Under the pieces are notes generated by a model. That model was not told the DNA's origin. It saw only the letters and a list, made by a program, of their open reading frames with translations, and did no database searches. A stretch of DNA of 64,000 bases from the NCBI RefSeq assembly GCF_963921235.1, contig NC_086097.1, forward strand, positions 49,106,001 to 49,170,000, written 5' to 3'. This document shows positions 1 through 13,194 of this stretch, piece after piece. The stretch comes from Mobula hypostoma. Taxonomy: Eukaryota. The position numbers and the translations under genes are program-made. Every line of letters starts with the position of its first letter. Within the stretch, counting starts at the first letter, position 1.

Positions 1-27
1 TATTAAAAATTAAAACCAAAATTGTAA

Positions 28-914
28 TGCTGAAAAAGTATTGATCCCCTTTGTAATTACGACACTAACTTTCCTCATGTGTAGTACTGTATACTACCTT
101 ACCAATTCACTCAATTTGTTGATGTAGAAAATTGGAGGATCATCTGTTTTCAATTAATTCATAAGGATAAATACCCCATCCTTTTGTAAGGTCCGACAGA
201 ATGGTAGATTTTCAACAGACCATCCAAAGTGAAGACAAAAAGGCATTTGAGACAAGTCAGGGAAATGATAATAAAGAAGCACAAATCTGGGGAAAGGTGC
301 AAGACTACCTTAAAGGCACTGAACATACCTTGGAGCTCAGTGCAGTTCATTGTGGAAAAGGTAGAGGAAAGGCACTATATGTACCTTAGAGTTCAGAGCA
401 GTACACTGTTAAAAAGTGGAAAAAATATGAAACCACAAACACACAGCCTAAGTCAGGCCGCCCCTTTAAACTTAGTAGCCGGAGAGGAATGGCACTTGTT
501 AGAGAGACTACTGAGACACCAACAATCACTCTAAGTGAGCTGCTGAACTCAGTGGCTGCAACAGGAGATGAAGTTCATGGCTCCACAATCTCTAAGGCCT
601 TGCACAAAAGGAGTATTTGTTGAAGATTGGCAAAGAAGTCCTGGCTACAAAAAATATAGCCTTGCCTGTAAAAATTTGCATAGCATCACTTAGAAAACAA
701 TGTAAAGATGTGGAAGAATGTTTTGTGGTCAGATGAGACTAAAGTGGAACTTTTTGGCCTCAACACTCAGCTGTATGTGGGGCATAAATCTAACATTGTA
801 CATCAGCCAAATAACACCAGCCCTACTGTAAAGTATGGTGGAGGTAGCATCATGCTATGGGGATGTTTTTCAGTAGCAGGAACTGGATATTTGATCAGAA
901 TTGATGGGAAGTAG
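28..914 (+). mobile_element. Degenerate Tc1-like DNA transposon (5' part and transposase fragments)
   Basis: ORFs 229..534 (HTH-like 'KALNIPWSSVQFIV') and 708..914 ('[16 protein letters not shown]...[17 protein letters not shown]') carry Tc1 transposase motifs; frames are broken and the 3' end is truncated. Confidence 0.85.
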
Positions 915-1420
915 CACTCTCTGTAATTTAACAACAGAAAGGGAGCAATCACCCTATTGAGCAATCACCCTATTGAGCTGTCAAAAGACCCAACAATCTA
1001 GACTCACCCATAGCAAAAGAGGCACTGAGGAACAGATTAGTTTGCAGATTTTGGAAAGATGCAAAAATAACATGGTTGTTGTCATGGGCGACTTCAACTT
1101 CCCCAGTAATGACTGGAACCTCTGTAATGCAAAAGCTTTAGACAGGGCAGAATTTGTAAGGTATGCCCAGAAGGATGATTGTGCTAGCTTTCTTTTCTTT
1201 TTTGGCTTCATGGCCAACCAGAGAAGAAGAATTTCAGAATTGTATACTTTGATAATGATGTATGAACTTTAAAAATGTAATGAAGAATTAAATGAAATGT
1301 AAAGGTTGCTTAGGGATCACTTTCATGGGGTTTGTCGTGTTGAGGCTGGGAAAGGATGGCAGGGTAAAGGAACCATGGTTGACAAGAGAAGTGGAACATC
1401 TAACTAAGAGGAAGAAGGAA
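915..1420 (+). mobile_element. CR1 LINE endonuclease-region fragments, with a short Rex1-like 3' tail near 1190-1270
   Basis: 'EEQISLQILERCKNNMVVVMGDFNFPSNDW' resembles the CR1 APE domain at 32695-33216; also 'KEPWLTREVE'. Confidence 0.65.
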
Positions 1421-1424
1421 AAGG

Positions 1425-3290
1425 AACACTATAGCACAGTGCAAACCCCGACTCACAATCTTGTGCTGAATTTTTAACCCATACCAAGATCAATATAACC
1501 TTTCCTTCCTACATAGCTCTCCATTTTTCTTTCAACTATGTGCCTATCAAAGAGACTCTTCAATGTCCATAATGTATCTGCCTCTACCACAACTCTGGCA
1601 GCACGTTCCACGACCTACCATTCTGTGTAAAAAACGGCCTCTGACTTACCCCCTTTAGAGTCATAGAACACTAGAGTACAGAAACAGGCACTTCGGCCCA
1701 TCTAGTCCATGCTGATCTATTAACCTGCCTAGTCCCATCGACCTGCAATTGGACCATACCCCTCCCATCCATGTACATATCCAAACTTCTCTTAGATATT
1801 GAAATTGAACCCACATTCACCACTTCCACTGGCTGCTCATTCCAGTCTCTCAAAACCTTCTGAATGAAGAAGTTCCACCACATGTTCCCTTTAAACATTT
1901 CACCTTTCACCCTTAACTCATGACCCTTAGTTCTAGTCTCACCCAACCTTAGTGGAAAAAGCCACTTACATTTACCCTGTCCTTACCCCTCATAGTTTTA
2001 TATACCTCCCTCAAATCTCCCCTCATTGTTCTACGCTCTTGGGAATAAAGTCCAAACCTGTTCAACATTTCCCTGTCAAGTCCTGGAAATGTTCTTGTAC
2101 ATTCTCACACTCTTTTAAACTTATTGGCATCCTTCCTGGAGGTAGGTGATCAAAACTGCACACAATACTTCAAACAAGGCCTCACCAAAGTATTATACCA
2201 CTTCAACATCTCAACTCCTATACTCAATACTTTGATTTATGAAGGCCATTGTGCCAAAACTTTCTTTACAACCCTATCTACCTGTAATACCACTTTAAAG
2301 AAATTATGGATCTGTATTCCCAGATCCCTCTGTTCCTCTGCACTCCTCAGTGTTCTACCATGAACAGTGTAAGTCCTAACCTGGTTTGTCCTTCCAAAGT
2401 GCAACACCTCACACCTGTCCACATTAAATTCCATCTGCCAGTTTTCAGCCTATTCTTCCAGCTGGTCCAGATCCCAATGCAAGCTTTGATAGTCATTCTT
2501 GCTGTCTACTACACCCCCAATCTTGGTGTCATCTGCAAACTTGCTGATCCAGTTTATCACACTATCATCTAGATAGCAACAAACCCAGCACTGATCCCTG
2601 TGGCACACAACTAGTTACAGACCTCCAGTCAGAGAGGCAACCAGCTATTACCACTCTCTGGCTTCTCCCACAAAGCCAATGACTAATCCAAGTTACTACC
2701 TCATCTTGAGTGTCAAGCAAATGAACCACCTTGCCAACCTCTCATTCGGGACCTTGTCAAAGGCCTTGCTAAAGTTCATATAGACAACATCCTTGCTTCA
2801 TCAGCTTTTCTGGTATCTTCCTCAAAAAATTATAAGATTGGTTAGACACGACTTAACACACACAAAGCCATGCTGACTATCCCTATTTAGTCCGTGTCTA
2901 TCCAAATACTCAGATATCCAATCCCTGAGCATTTCTCACTACCAATGTCAGGTTCACCAGCCAGTAATTCCCTGGCTTGTTCTCAGAGCCGTTCTTAAAC
3001 AACAGAAGAACATTCGCTATCCTCCAGTACTCTGGCACTTCACCTGTGGCTAAAGGCATTTTAAATATCTCTGCTAGGACGCCTGCAATTTCTGCACTTG
3101 CATCTAACAGGGTCTGAGGGAACACCTTTTCAGGCCCTGGGATTTATCCACCTTAATTTGCTTCAAGACAGCAAAATCATCCTCCTCTGTAATCTGTAAA
3201 GGGTCCACAACCTTGTCATTGTTTTGCCTCACTTCTAAAGAAGTTGTGTTCGTCTCCCAATCAAATACAAATGCAAAAAAAAATTTTGAA
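1425..3290 (-). mobile_element. Degenerate CR1 LINE 3' portions (two stacked 3' ends)
   Basis: Minus ORFs 'MGETRTKGHELRVKG...', 'MEFNVDRCEVLHFGR', 'TGEVPEYWRIANV...KPGNYWLVNLT' are CR1 ORF2 motifs. Confidence 0.85.
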
Positions 3291-4660
3291 CAACTGCAAA
3301 AAAAGCAGTGGCTCTGAGTAAGATCCTTGCTCTTACATTCAAAACATCTTAAAGCTCTACCTTAAATTACATTATACTTTCCTCCCAACACCTTAAAGTT
3401 ATGTTCCCTTGAATTAGCCACATTACCCATGGTAAAGTCATTCAGAAAGTCAGGAGGCATTCAATCCATATAAGCATAAATTAGTAAATTTGCAGATGAC
3501 ACAAAGCTCAGTGGTGTTGTAGACGGTGTAAGAAGTTGTCGTAAATTACAATGGGTCATTGATTGGATACAGAGCTGAGCTGAGATTAGGCAGATGGAGT
3601 TCAATCTGGAGAAGTGTGAAATGATTCACTTTGGAAGGTCAAACGAAGGCAGAGCACAGCTATAGATCCCTCAAAGTTTCCATATAAATTGAGAGACAAT
3701 AGACAACAGACAATAGGTGCAGGAATAGGCCATTCAGCCCTTAGAGCCAGCACCGCCATTCACTGTGATAGTGGCTGATCATCCACAATCAGTACCCTTT
3801 TCCTGCCTTCTCCCCATATCCCTTCACTCCGCTATCTTTAAGAGCTCTATCTAACTCTTTCTTGAAAGAATCCAGAGAATTGGCATCCACTGCCTCCTGA
3901 GGCAGAGTATTCCACAGAACCACAACCCTCTGTGTGAAAAAGGTTTTCCTCAGCTCCGTTCTAAATTGTCTACCCCTTATTCTTAAACTGTGGCCTCTGG
4001 TTCTGGACTCCCCCAACATCGGGAACATGTTTCCTGCCTCTAGCATGTCCAATCCCTTAACAATCTTATATGTTTCAATCAGATCCCCTCTCATCCTTCT
4101 AAATTCCAGTGTATACAACCCAAGTCGCTCCAATCTTTCAACATATGACAGTCCCGCCATCCCGTGAATTAACCTCGTGAACCTACGCTGCACTCCCTCA
4201 ATAGCTAGAATACCCTTCCTCAAATTTGGAGACCAAAACTGTACACAATACTCCAGGTGTGGTCTCACCAGGGCCCTGTACAATCTTTTTGCTCCTATAC
4301 TCAACTCCCCTTGTTATGAAGGCCAACATGCCATTAGCTTTCTTCACTGCCCACTGTACCTGCATGCTTGCTTTCAGTGACTGATGTACAAGACCACCTA
4401 GATCTCGTTGTACTTTCCCTTTTCCTAACTTGACACCGTTCAGATAGTAATCTGCCTTGCTGTTCTTCCCACCAAAGGGGATAACCTCACATTTATCCAC
4501 ATTAAACCGCATCTGCCATGCATCTGCCCACTCATCCAACCTGTCCAAGTCACCCTGCATTCTCGTAACATCCTCCTCACATTTCACACTGCCACCCAGC
4601 TTTGTGTCATCTGCAAATTTGCTAATGTTACTTTTAATCCCTTCATCTAAATCATTAATG

Positions 4661-5766
4661 CAGGGGTCCCCAACCTTTCTCGCACTGCGGACCGGTTTCA
4701 TATTGACAATATTCTTGCGGACCGGCCGAGCAGGGGGGAGACTACAATGACCATGAAGCCTTGCGCAGGCACCAGTGCGCAAGCGTGTACGTGCCGATTT
4801 TTCTCTACAAATCGCTTTTGGCAATTTTGTTCGGGGGGGAAGGGGTGTTAATGACGAACACAGTATCGGTGATAAGTGGCTAATACACTTAATTTCGTTT
4901 CTAAAAGGGTTTATCTAATGAATTTAATATTAAACACACAGCACATATTTTCCTCGCATGAACATAGTGAAAAATCAATTATCAGGGGAGCTTGAAGTAA
5001 GTGTTGAACGAACTTCCAGTAGAAGTGGTAGAGGCAGGGGTATTATCATTTAAAGAAAAATTGGATAGGTATATGGACAGGAAAGAAATGGAGGGTTATG
5101 GGCTGAGTGAAGGTCGGTGGGACTACGTGAGAGCAGCGTTCGGCACGGACTAGAAGGGCCGAGATCGCCTGTTTCCGTGCTGTAATTGTTATATGGTTAT
5201 ATAAGTAAGTCAATAGCATCGTAACATTTTAAGTAACGATTGGATATTAAACATAAAGCACATACTTTCCTCGTATGAACATATAAAATCATTGCAACAC
5301 ACCAATATCGCTGAATCAGTGGGAGCCCTGGGCTTGTTTTCCTGCAACAAGACGGTCCTATCGAGGGGTGACGGGAGACAGCGATACTCGAAGGGGATTC
5401 CTTAAGTCCAGTCTATTCCGCAATTTAGTTTTGGTTGCATTCATCGCAGAGATATGTTGGAAATGGAAGCAACGTTTTCAGTGCTTTCGTGGCTATCTCA
5501 GGATATTTAGCCTTGACTTTGATCTGGAATGCCGGTAGAGATGTTACGTCAAATATGCTTTTCAGCCCGCCGTCATCTGCAAGTTCGAGGAGTTGATCTC
5601 CTTCCCACGCTGACATGGATGACGCGCGGGTAATGACCTCGCGTGCGTTCAAACTCAACAGTGACAGGGAATGAGGAAAGGTGCAGCTGACTCATATCGC
5701 CAAATCATATCGTTTCCTCGCGGCCCGGTAGTAAATGCTTTGCGGCCCGGTGGTTGGGGACCTCTG
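4661..5766 (-). mobile_element. Non-autonomous hAT (Charlie/Buster-like) DNA transposon
   Basis: TIRs CAGGGGTCCCCAACC / GGTTGGGGACCTCTG; perfect 8-bp TSD CATTAATG (4653-4660, 5767-5774); remnant transposase C-terminus 'YPEIATKALKTLLPFPTYLC' (5425-5658). Confidence 0.92.
5003..5202 (+). mobile_element. CR1 3'-end fragment nested inside the hAT element
   Basis: CR1 3' motifs ('ttggataggtatatggac', 'gaagggccgag...cctgtttccgtgctgta'); flanking direct repeat AAGTAAGT at 4995-5002 and 5203-5210. Confidence 0.8.
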
Positions 5767-5945
5767 CATTAATGTATATTGTAAATAGCTGCGGTCCCAG
5801 CACCGAGCCTTGTGGTACCCCACTAGTCACTGCCTGCCATTCTGAAAAGGACCATTAATCCCTACTCTGTTTCCTGTCTGCCAACCAATTTTCTATCCAT
5901 GTCAGTACCCTACCCCCAATACCATTTACTCTAATTTTGCCCAGA

Positions 5946-6540
5946 TTAAGAGAGCGTGGTTAAGAAGGCATATGATATGTTGGCCTTCATTAGTCGGAGA
6001 ATTGAGTTCAAGAACCATGAGGTAATGTTACAGTCAGTAAAAACTTGCAGTATTGTGTTCAGTTTTGGTCACTTCATGATAGGATGGATGTAGAATCTTT
6101 AGAGAGGGGGCAGAGGATATTTTCTATGATGCTGCCTGGATTAGAGAGCATGTTTTATGAGGAAATATTGAGAGAGCTAGGGTATTTCTCTTTGAAACGA
6201 AGGAGAATGAGAGGTGACTTGATAGAGATGTATAAGAGGCATAGACAGAGTGGATAGCCTGCACCTTCTCCCCAAAGCATCAACAGGTAATACAAGAGGG
6301 CATAATTTTAAGTTCTTTGGAGAAAAATAGAGAAGGGATGTCAGGGAGTTTTTACACAGTGAGTGGTAACGCATGGAACCAGGCAAATACATTAGGGCCA
6401 TTTAAGAGACGTTTAGGTAGACACATGGATGAAGGAAAAATGGATGGCTATGTGAGAAGGAAGTGTTATATTGATACTGGAATAGGTTAAAATGTTGCCA
6501 CAAATCGTGGACCAAAGGGCCTGTGCTGTACTGTACTGTA
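5946..6540 (+). mobile_element. CR1 LINE 3' fragment
   Basis: 'QYCVQFWS...RRRMRGDLIEMYK'; ends 'aagggcctgtgctgtactgtactgta'. Confidence 0.85.
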
Positions 6541-6899
6541 TTACCTGGATGAGACCAGACTGGTTATGACATGCCAGCCTAGGAGCTGTGAAGTGAAGGA
6601 TAGAATCAATCAAATGAGCAAAATGGGCCAAATAGCTGAATGACCACCCTGCTCTAACAGGGGAGGGCAATGCAATTCTGAAATATGAACATTTACATTT
6701 TGATTTTTATATTTTTTTAATTGTTTAAATGCAACCCATTGCATGTTACATGTTTCATTGCAGATTCCAGAAGCTCTGCATGTCTGACTTTACAAAAAGG
6801 TTTAAACTGAAAATTAGGGAAAAGGTCCAAAATTGCCTCAACATTCAACATGCCAAAAGATATACAGGAAGAAACTAGGGATCGGCTTCTGTAGGTAAT

Positions 6900-7950
6900 G
6901 ATTTTTTGGTTTGGGATGCAATGGGTATGGTGTGTAGGGTATCACAAGTTCTGTGAACATAACGGTCAGTGGATAAATGATGGACAGAGTGGTGCTTGAA
7001 GGTTTGACTCAATGATGGATGATGTTCAGTCAGCAGAGATTCACGGAAGAACAGGAGTTAAAGGGAGGACTCAATGCTCAATAGAGTTGAGTGGGGATAA
7101 AGATCAGCAGGGATGGAATTCAAAGGGAATATAGTTGAGAGGATAACAGAATTCACTGGGGCTGCTCAGAGGGAATGGGGTCTATGGGGGTGAGGATCAG
7201 CGGGTGATGTGATCCACAGTGATAGGCTTCGATGGTCATGTGATTCAGTGAGGGGGTGAGGTTTAACGAATGGATTAATTCATTGAACATGCAATTTATT
7301 CAGAATGGGGTTCAGGTGACATGCACAGAATTTCAATAGCACATGGAGTTCAGTAGGGTTCACAAGATGAGCTGATACAATGGAAATGGAATCAACAAAT
7401 AAAGGTGGCTTATTGGCAATGAGTTCCATGGTGTGGTTGCATATAGCAGGTCATGGTGTTCAATAGCCATTTGATCCACAGGTTGGCAGAGTTCAGTGGG
7501 AATGAGGTTCCAGGGTCAAGGATACAGTTATTAATGGAATTCAATGTGATAGGGTTTAGTGAGTGATGGATTCTTTGTGTTGTGATCCAATAGGGAATGG
7601 GATTCAGTGGAGGACACCATTAAGCAGTTGAGATTTAGTAGGTGATTTTGTTCCGTGGGATGGGGATGGGGGGAGAGGAGAGAAGAGGGAAAAGAAAAGA
7701 GAAAGTAACTGGTCATAATCTTAGGGCAAGTGGATGTAGTGAGTAATATTTAACTGGGGTTCCGCGGGAAAGCCGAATGCTGATGAGGTAGGGAATGTTG
7801 GGATGTAGTCCACTGAAGGAGGGGAACAGCAGCCGAGGGTTTCAGTGGGCGCTGTGCTCAAACGGGAATTGGGTTTAGTGGGAATTGGGATTCACAAGGT
7901 GGGAATGAGGTTGAACAGGAGGAGAGATTCAGTAAGGATCAGCATCAATA
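6900..7950. repeat. Decayed G/A-rich short-period tandem repeat in TMEM179 intron 1
   Basis: Recurrent variants of 'ggg(a)atgggrttcagtg' over about 1 kb with strong purine/G skew on +. Confidence 0.45.
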
Positions 7951-7966
7951 GGGGCTAAGTGACTTA

Positions 7967-8440
<474 letters not shown>

Positions 8441-8769
8441 TGTAGCTGGAGGCACTCTGGGGTGAAGCTGCAGCCACGCTGGAATGTAACTGAGAGCACC
8501 CTAAAGTGAGGCTGCGGCATCCTTGGAGTGAAACTGGGTGCATGTGGGGTGAAGTTGCGGTATCCCTAGAGTAAATTCTGGAGCAAAGGTGGGGCCGACC
8601 CGGAGAGCTACTATCTTGGAATGAACCTATGATCATGATAGCTTGGAGCAGGTTTCCGGAGTGAACGTGAGTGCTCCCGGAGCAAAGAGAATACTAGACT
8701 ACACAGATTGGAATCATTCTGGAGAAAGTTCAGACAGGTTTAGAGACCATCTCACAGTGATCATGAAGC

Positions 8770-9365
8770 ATACCTACACACAAGAAATAGGAGCAGGCAT
8801 TTCAAATCTGATCTCTTATCATAGCCCCATCATCTGGCCCTAACCCTATATTCCTGGTGTGCCTAACATTTAAACACGTATCAACCTTGAATATAGTCAG
8901 CCAATGAGCTGCCACAGCCCATATCCAATGATTCATCATCTTCTGGGTGAAGGAATTTCTTCTCAGCTGAACAACCATTTCGTTGTTTTAAGACAGTGAT
9001 TCCTGGCTCCAGATACCCTACCGCAGGGGAAAATATCTATCATGTCAAGCCCTGTAAGAAAGTTGTACTTTTCAAAGACATTGTCTCACTTCTTTCTAAG
9101 CTCAAGGGAGTATAGAACCGGTCTGCACATTCTCATACAACAAGTCCTCCAACCAGGAATCAATCACATATAAATCTTCCTGGAGTAGAGAGGCCAGACC
9201 TCCACCAAATATTCTAGACATAGTCTTACCAGGTCAATATATGATTGGAGTAAATCACCTCTGCAACTTTACTCATAACATCTAGCAATAAAAGCCAACA
9301 TTCTATTTGGCTTAAAATTTGCTTGCTGAACTTGAATATTAAGTTTGGTGATTTGTATTCAAGGA
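8770..9365 (-). mobile_element. Old degraded CR1 3' fragment
   Basis: Residual CR1 3' motifs ('aataggagcagg', 'ccaaatattctagacatagtcttaccagg', 'gccaacattctatttggc'). Confidence 0.6.
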
Positions 9366-10189
9366 TAGCGTGTTCAGAAACAGTATATATTCATAAAAAT
9401 GAAAACACTAACATCGAAAGTGACTGCCCCGTGCATCAAGACAGCTCTTGACTGTGTGACATCAGGTGGCCCTGAATCACCAGCTGTCCTGCGGAGGACA
9501 TATAGCCATCCTTCTTATGGTTATTGTAGAGCCAAGCTGAGATGATGCCAATGTTCCTGGGGGTGAGAGGCAATTCTGAAACAACTGGGACCAGCCTGAA
9601 CTGAACCTGGGGCTAAACTAGAATAAATCTGAAGCTATCCTGAACCATTTGCTATTCTGGAGTAAACCATGAGTTAATCTGGTGGTTAGTCATGGCCCAT
9701 CCTCAATATGGATCACTGAACTGTACCTGGAATAAACACAATGCTTTCAAGCAGTGAAAAACCCATATATGATCATGTACAGAGAGATTTTGATGTGCTG
9801 ATTGATTAAAAAAATGTAAACCCACCAGTACAACCAATCAGGAAACCAAGTGATACACTAGCCCTCAGTAGAAAGTGGTTGAAATACAGAAGTTAAGATT
9901 AAAAAGGCTTTGATGACTTTAATTTAAATCTACATGCAGATTTGATCTGACAAATGATCTGTCTTGGAATCTATTCAACTTCGGTTTACTAAATAGGCTA
10001 GCGACTAATATCCATTAAAAACCCTTAACTTCCCATAGCAATCTGGACTACAACTCACTCAACCCTGTAAAGATTCCACTGTATCTCCCCATTTCTCCAG
10101 CTCTGTCATACCTGAGCTAATGACAGCATCTTCTATACATTTTACATAATGTTTTTTCCTTTCTCCTTAACTGTGGTAAGAAAGAAGAG

Positions 10190-11165
10190 GCAGAAACCCG
10201 CAAACCATTGACCTGTAGACCTGATATCTGTAGTTGTGAAAACATTGGAATCTATTATAAAGGATGTTATCACAGGACACTTAGAAAATAATTAATATAA
10301 TTGAGCTGAGTCAGCATTGATTTACAAAAAAAAATCATGTTTGACCAATTTATTGAAAATAGTTGAGGACATCTCCAGCAGTTGAAATGAGAAAGAACCA
10401 ATAGATGTGGTGTATATGGATTTTGATCAGGTTTTTGATAAGATCCCATAGAGGAGGTTGGTGAACAAGGTTAGAGCACACTGAAGTGGGAGTAAGTTAC
10501 TAGCAAAGACTGCTTATAGATCAAATACAAAAGTAGGATTTTAAAAATTTTTCTTGGGTTGACAGGCTGTGACCTATGGGATAGGTGTGATGTTTAACAA
10601 TCTATGTTGACTATTTGGTTGAATTTGGCCAAATATGCTGAATATGCAAAGTTTCCAAATTTGCTGAAGGCACAATAGTGATGGGAATGTAAAGAAATAC
10701 TTCATGAGGTTATAGACAAGCTGAATGGGCAGCAAGAGACAGATACTGTGGAGAAAAAAATATGAGTTTATCTATTTCTTTACTGAAAAACAAAAATGTT
10801 GAGTATTTCTAAAATGGTAACTGGGAAATACCGATACTGAGAGACACCTGGGTGTCTTTATATGCAGGTCACTGAAAGCTACCATGTAGATGAAACTAAC
10901 AATTAAGAAGATAAATGATATATTCTCCTTAAGTGCAAGCAGATTTGAATACAAGGAATAAAATGAATTATTAGAATTATTTAAGTTCTTTGTAAGACTA
11001 CTTTTGGAATATTGTGTACACTTTTGGTCTCCTTATCTAAAAAGGTGCTTGTTCTAAGGCAATACAATGAAGATTTACCAGATTGATTCCTGAAATGGCA
11101 GGGTATCATAAGGAAAGATCAAGACATTAGGCTTCTGTTCTCTACAAGTTAGAAGAATGAGAATA
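10190..11165 (+). mobile_element. Old degraded CR1 RT fragment
   Basis: 'gatgtggtgtatatggatttt', 'ttgataagatcccatagagg', 'ttggaatattgtgtacacttttggtctcc' = CR1 DVVYMDF / FDK.PH / LEYCV.FWSP motifs. Confidence 0.75.
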
Positions 11166-11777
11166 TCTGTATAAAGATATAGGAAATGCCACTTAAATAG
11201 GATCACCAAAGCTGAGCTCCAAATCATAATCAAGAACTTAACTGGTACAAACAGATTGACACAATGGCAACTAGAGGATGGGAGAATAAGATTAATGTAT
11301 GACAAGAGGCTCCCTCATTTCTTCCCCCGTATTCTTGTCAGGAATAATATGGTATATTAAAGACACATACACATGGAAATTAGCCTAGAACAGAGGAGTC
11401 CAGTTGAGTGGTGTACCTGACAAGTAACATTCTATTTCCACCACCTCTACCATTAGCACATGGTGGATGTCTGGGTACTAGCTACGAGACATATCATCAA
11501 TGCCATGTCATAAGTCATTCTGAACTAAACGTAGGCACCTTCTTTCATTATACGAATCAGAATCCTGTAATTGCCCATTTCAAAACATTACATAATGGTG
11601 TTTCTTGACTAGCAGGGATTGCTAGTACCTGCTGGCTTGATAGCATCACCAACAAACCAGAAAAAAAGAAAATATCTGTTATTACCAAATACAAATAAAG
11701 TAGGAGAGTTTTCAGATATATTTTGATCACATGATTATTCATTTGTGGTAGATAGATGAACACAACTTCAGATATAA

Positions 11778-11954
11778 TTATTCAGCTTGAACCACTGCTG
11801 TTGAGTCCATCTGAAGTTCTTTCTTTTTCCTGATGATTTTTGCAACATCATTCTTCAGTTTCGCAACACTGCCTTCCAATTCTTCTCCAAGTGTTTGAAT
11901 CAATTCACTCCGTTCATTCACAAAATACCTCAAGCAGTGAATATGCTCTTCATC
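11778..11954 (-). CDS. KIF28: KIF28-like kinesin, terminal coding exon
   Basis: Acceptor ttttattttag|GAT, phase 0; DEEHIHCLRYFVNERSELIQTLGEELEGSVAKLKNDVAKIIRKKKELQMDSTAVVQAE* (TAA at 11780-11778). Confidence 0.85.
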   Translation of the reverse strand, partial: DEEHIHCLRYFVNERSELIQTLGEELEGSVAKLKNDVAKIIRKKKELQMDSTAVVQAE

Positions 11955-12325
11955 CTAAAATAAAATGCACAAGGAATACTGATTAATTGGCAATATTAAA
12001 GGTTTCTTATCCATTACATAGTGGGATTTAAAAGCGTTACTCAAAGGAGCTAACAAAGTCCCCTTTAATTTAACAAATTATTAAATTGCAGAAAGCAATC
12101 AATATCAACATGAAAATGCATACTGGGACATATAATGGAAGAATAACACCTTTACAATCGGAAAGTGCAACATAAAGACTGAAGTCATGATTAATATAAT
12201 TTTTAGTGTTCCGGGTGTATTTTCTCTCATCATTGCATTCAACTGTACTGTGGAGAAGATCCCTCAGATACACCCAGACTGTCACCACTAAAGTACAGTA
12301 AACTGTCAAGATTTACTTTGCGTAA

Positions 12326-12518
12326 ACACATGAAATTCTGTAGATGAAGGAAATCTTGAGCAACACACATAAAATGCTGGAAAACTCAGTAAACCAAGCA
12401 GCATCTATGGAGGGAAATGAATAATTGATGTTTCGGGCTAAGACCCTTCACCAGGACTTGTCCCGAAACATAGATGATTTATTCCACTCCACAGATGCTG
12501 CCTGACTTGCTGAGCTCC
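12326..12518. mobile_element. Palindromic Penelope-derived mini-element with hammerhead-like core
   Basis: Inverted arms; minus-strand CTGGTGA-AGGGTCTTAGCCC-GAAAC at 12430-12454; 14-bp flanking repeat TTTACTTTGYGTAA (12312-12325, 12519-12532). Confidence 0.75.
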
Positions 12519-12618
12519 TTTACTTTGTGTAACTGCTTACTTCAACTTACAATGCAAAAATAACTTATTTTCTCAGTGTCCCTGCTCAGGATGCTCGCAA
12601 TTGGCAAGAGAATACATT

Positions 12619-12785
12619 CTCTGGTGATTTTTGCAACATCATTCTTCAGTTTCCCAATACTGCCTTCCAATTCTTCTCCAAGTTTTGGAATCATAGAACT
12701 CCTTTCACTCACAAAATACTGAGTTCCTCCAGCATTTTGTGTGTGTTGCTTGATTTCCAGCATCTGCAGATTTTATCTTGTTTGT
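12619..12785 (+). mobile_element. Penelope-like 3' terminus fused to a 99-nt copy of the kinesin terminal exon
   Basis: 12621-12719 aligns without gaps to 11830-11928 (11 mismatches by eye); followed by 'gagttcctccagcattttgtgtgtg...ccagcatctgcaga'; direct repeat AAGAGAATACATT at 12606-12618 and 12786-12798. Confidence 0.85.
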
Positions 12786-13194
12786 AAGAGAATACATTGA
12801 GTCTCTTTCCTGCTTCACAACGTAATGTTGTAAGGATAGCAGGTATTTTTGTCTATCATTCATGCTGCTCTATTATTAGAGGAGACTTCCTATCTTATTT
12901 GCTCATCTCTGCAGCGCGCAAAATTATTGCCAGATAATAAATCAAAATCTTTCTTATGGCGGTCTTCGAACCTGGGAACATAAAAGCTAATTTAAGATTA
13001 TCATTATAGCCAAAGGTGTGTTCAGAAAGACCAGAGAATGGACAGAGAACATTTTGATTGTCATGACTCAATGTCTGCTCACGGGTTTACATAAAGAGAG
13101 CTATTCCCTGCATTTTAAAGCCTATATGTGGAACATAAACTGGCAAAACCACACCAGACACATAAAAATCTTCAATAATGAGCATAAGGCCTTC

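Larger units (their letters stand above)
3697..5945 (-). mobile_element. 5'-truncated CR1 LINE interrupted by a hAT element
   Basis: ORFs 3789..4304 and 4198..4824 ('SKFADDTKLGG', 'RPHLEYCVQFWSP'); CR1 sequence resumes after 5774; short-repeat 3' tail near 3697-3715. Confidence 0.9.

Noticed and set aside
943..978. 16-bp tandem duplication (a similar 23-bp one lies at about 27051-27105)
   Set aside because: Ordinary slippage-type duplications inside dead CR1 copies.
10030..10175. Plus-strand Penelope RT/linker remnant
   Set aside because: Faint similarity ('tgtaaagattcc...atttctccagctctgtcatacctg'), too degraded to support as a feature.
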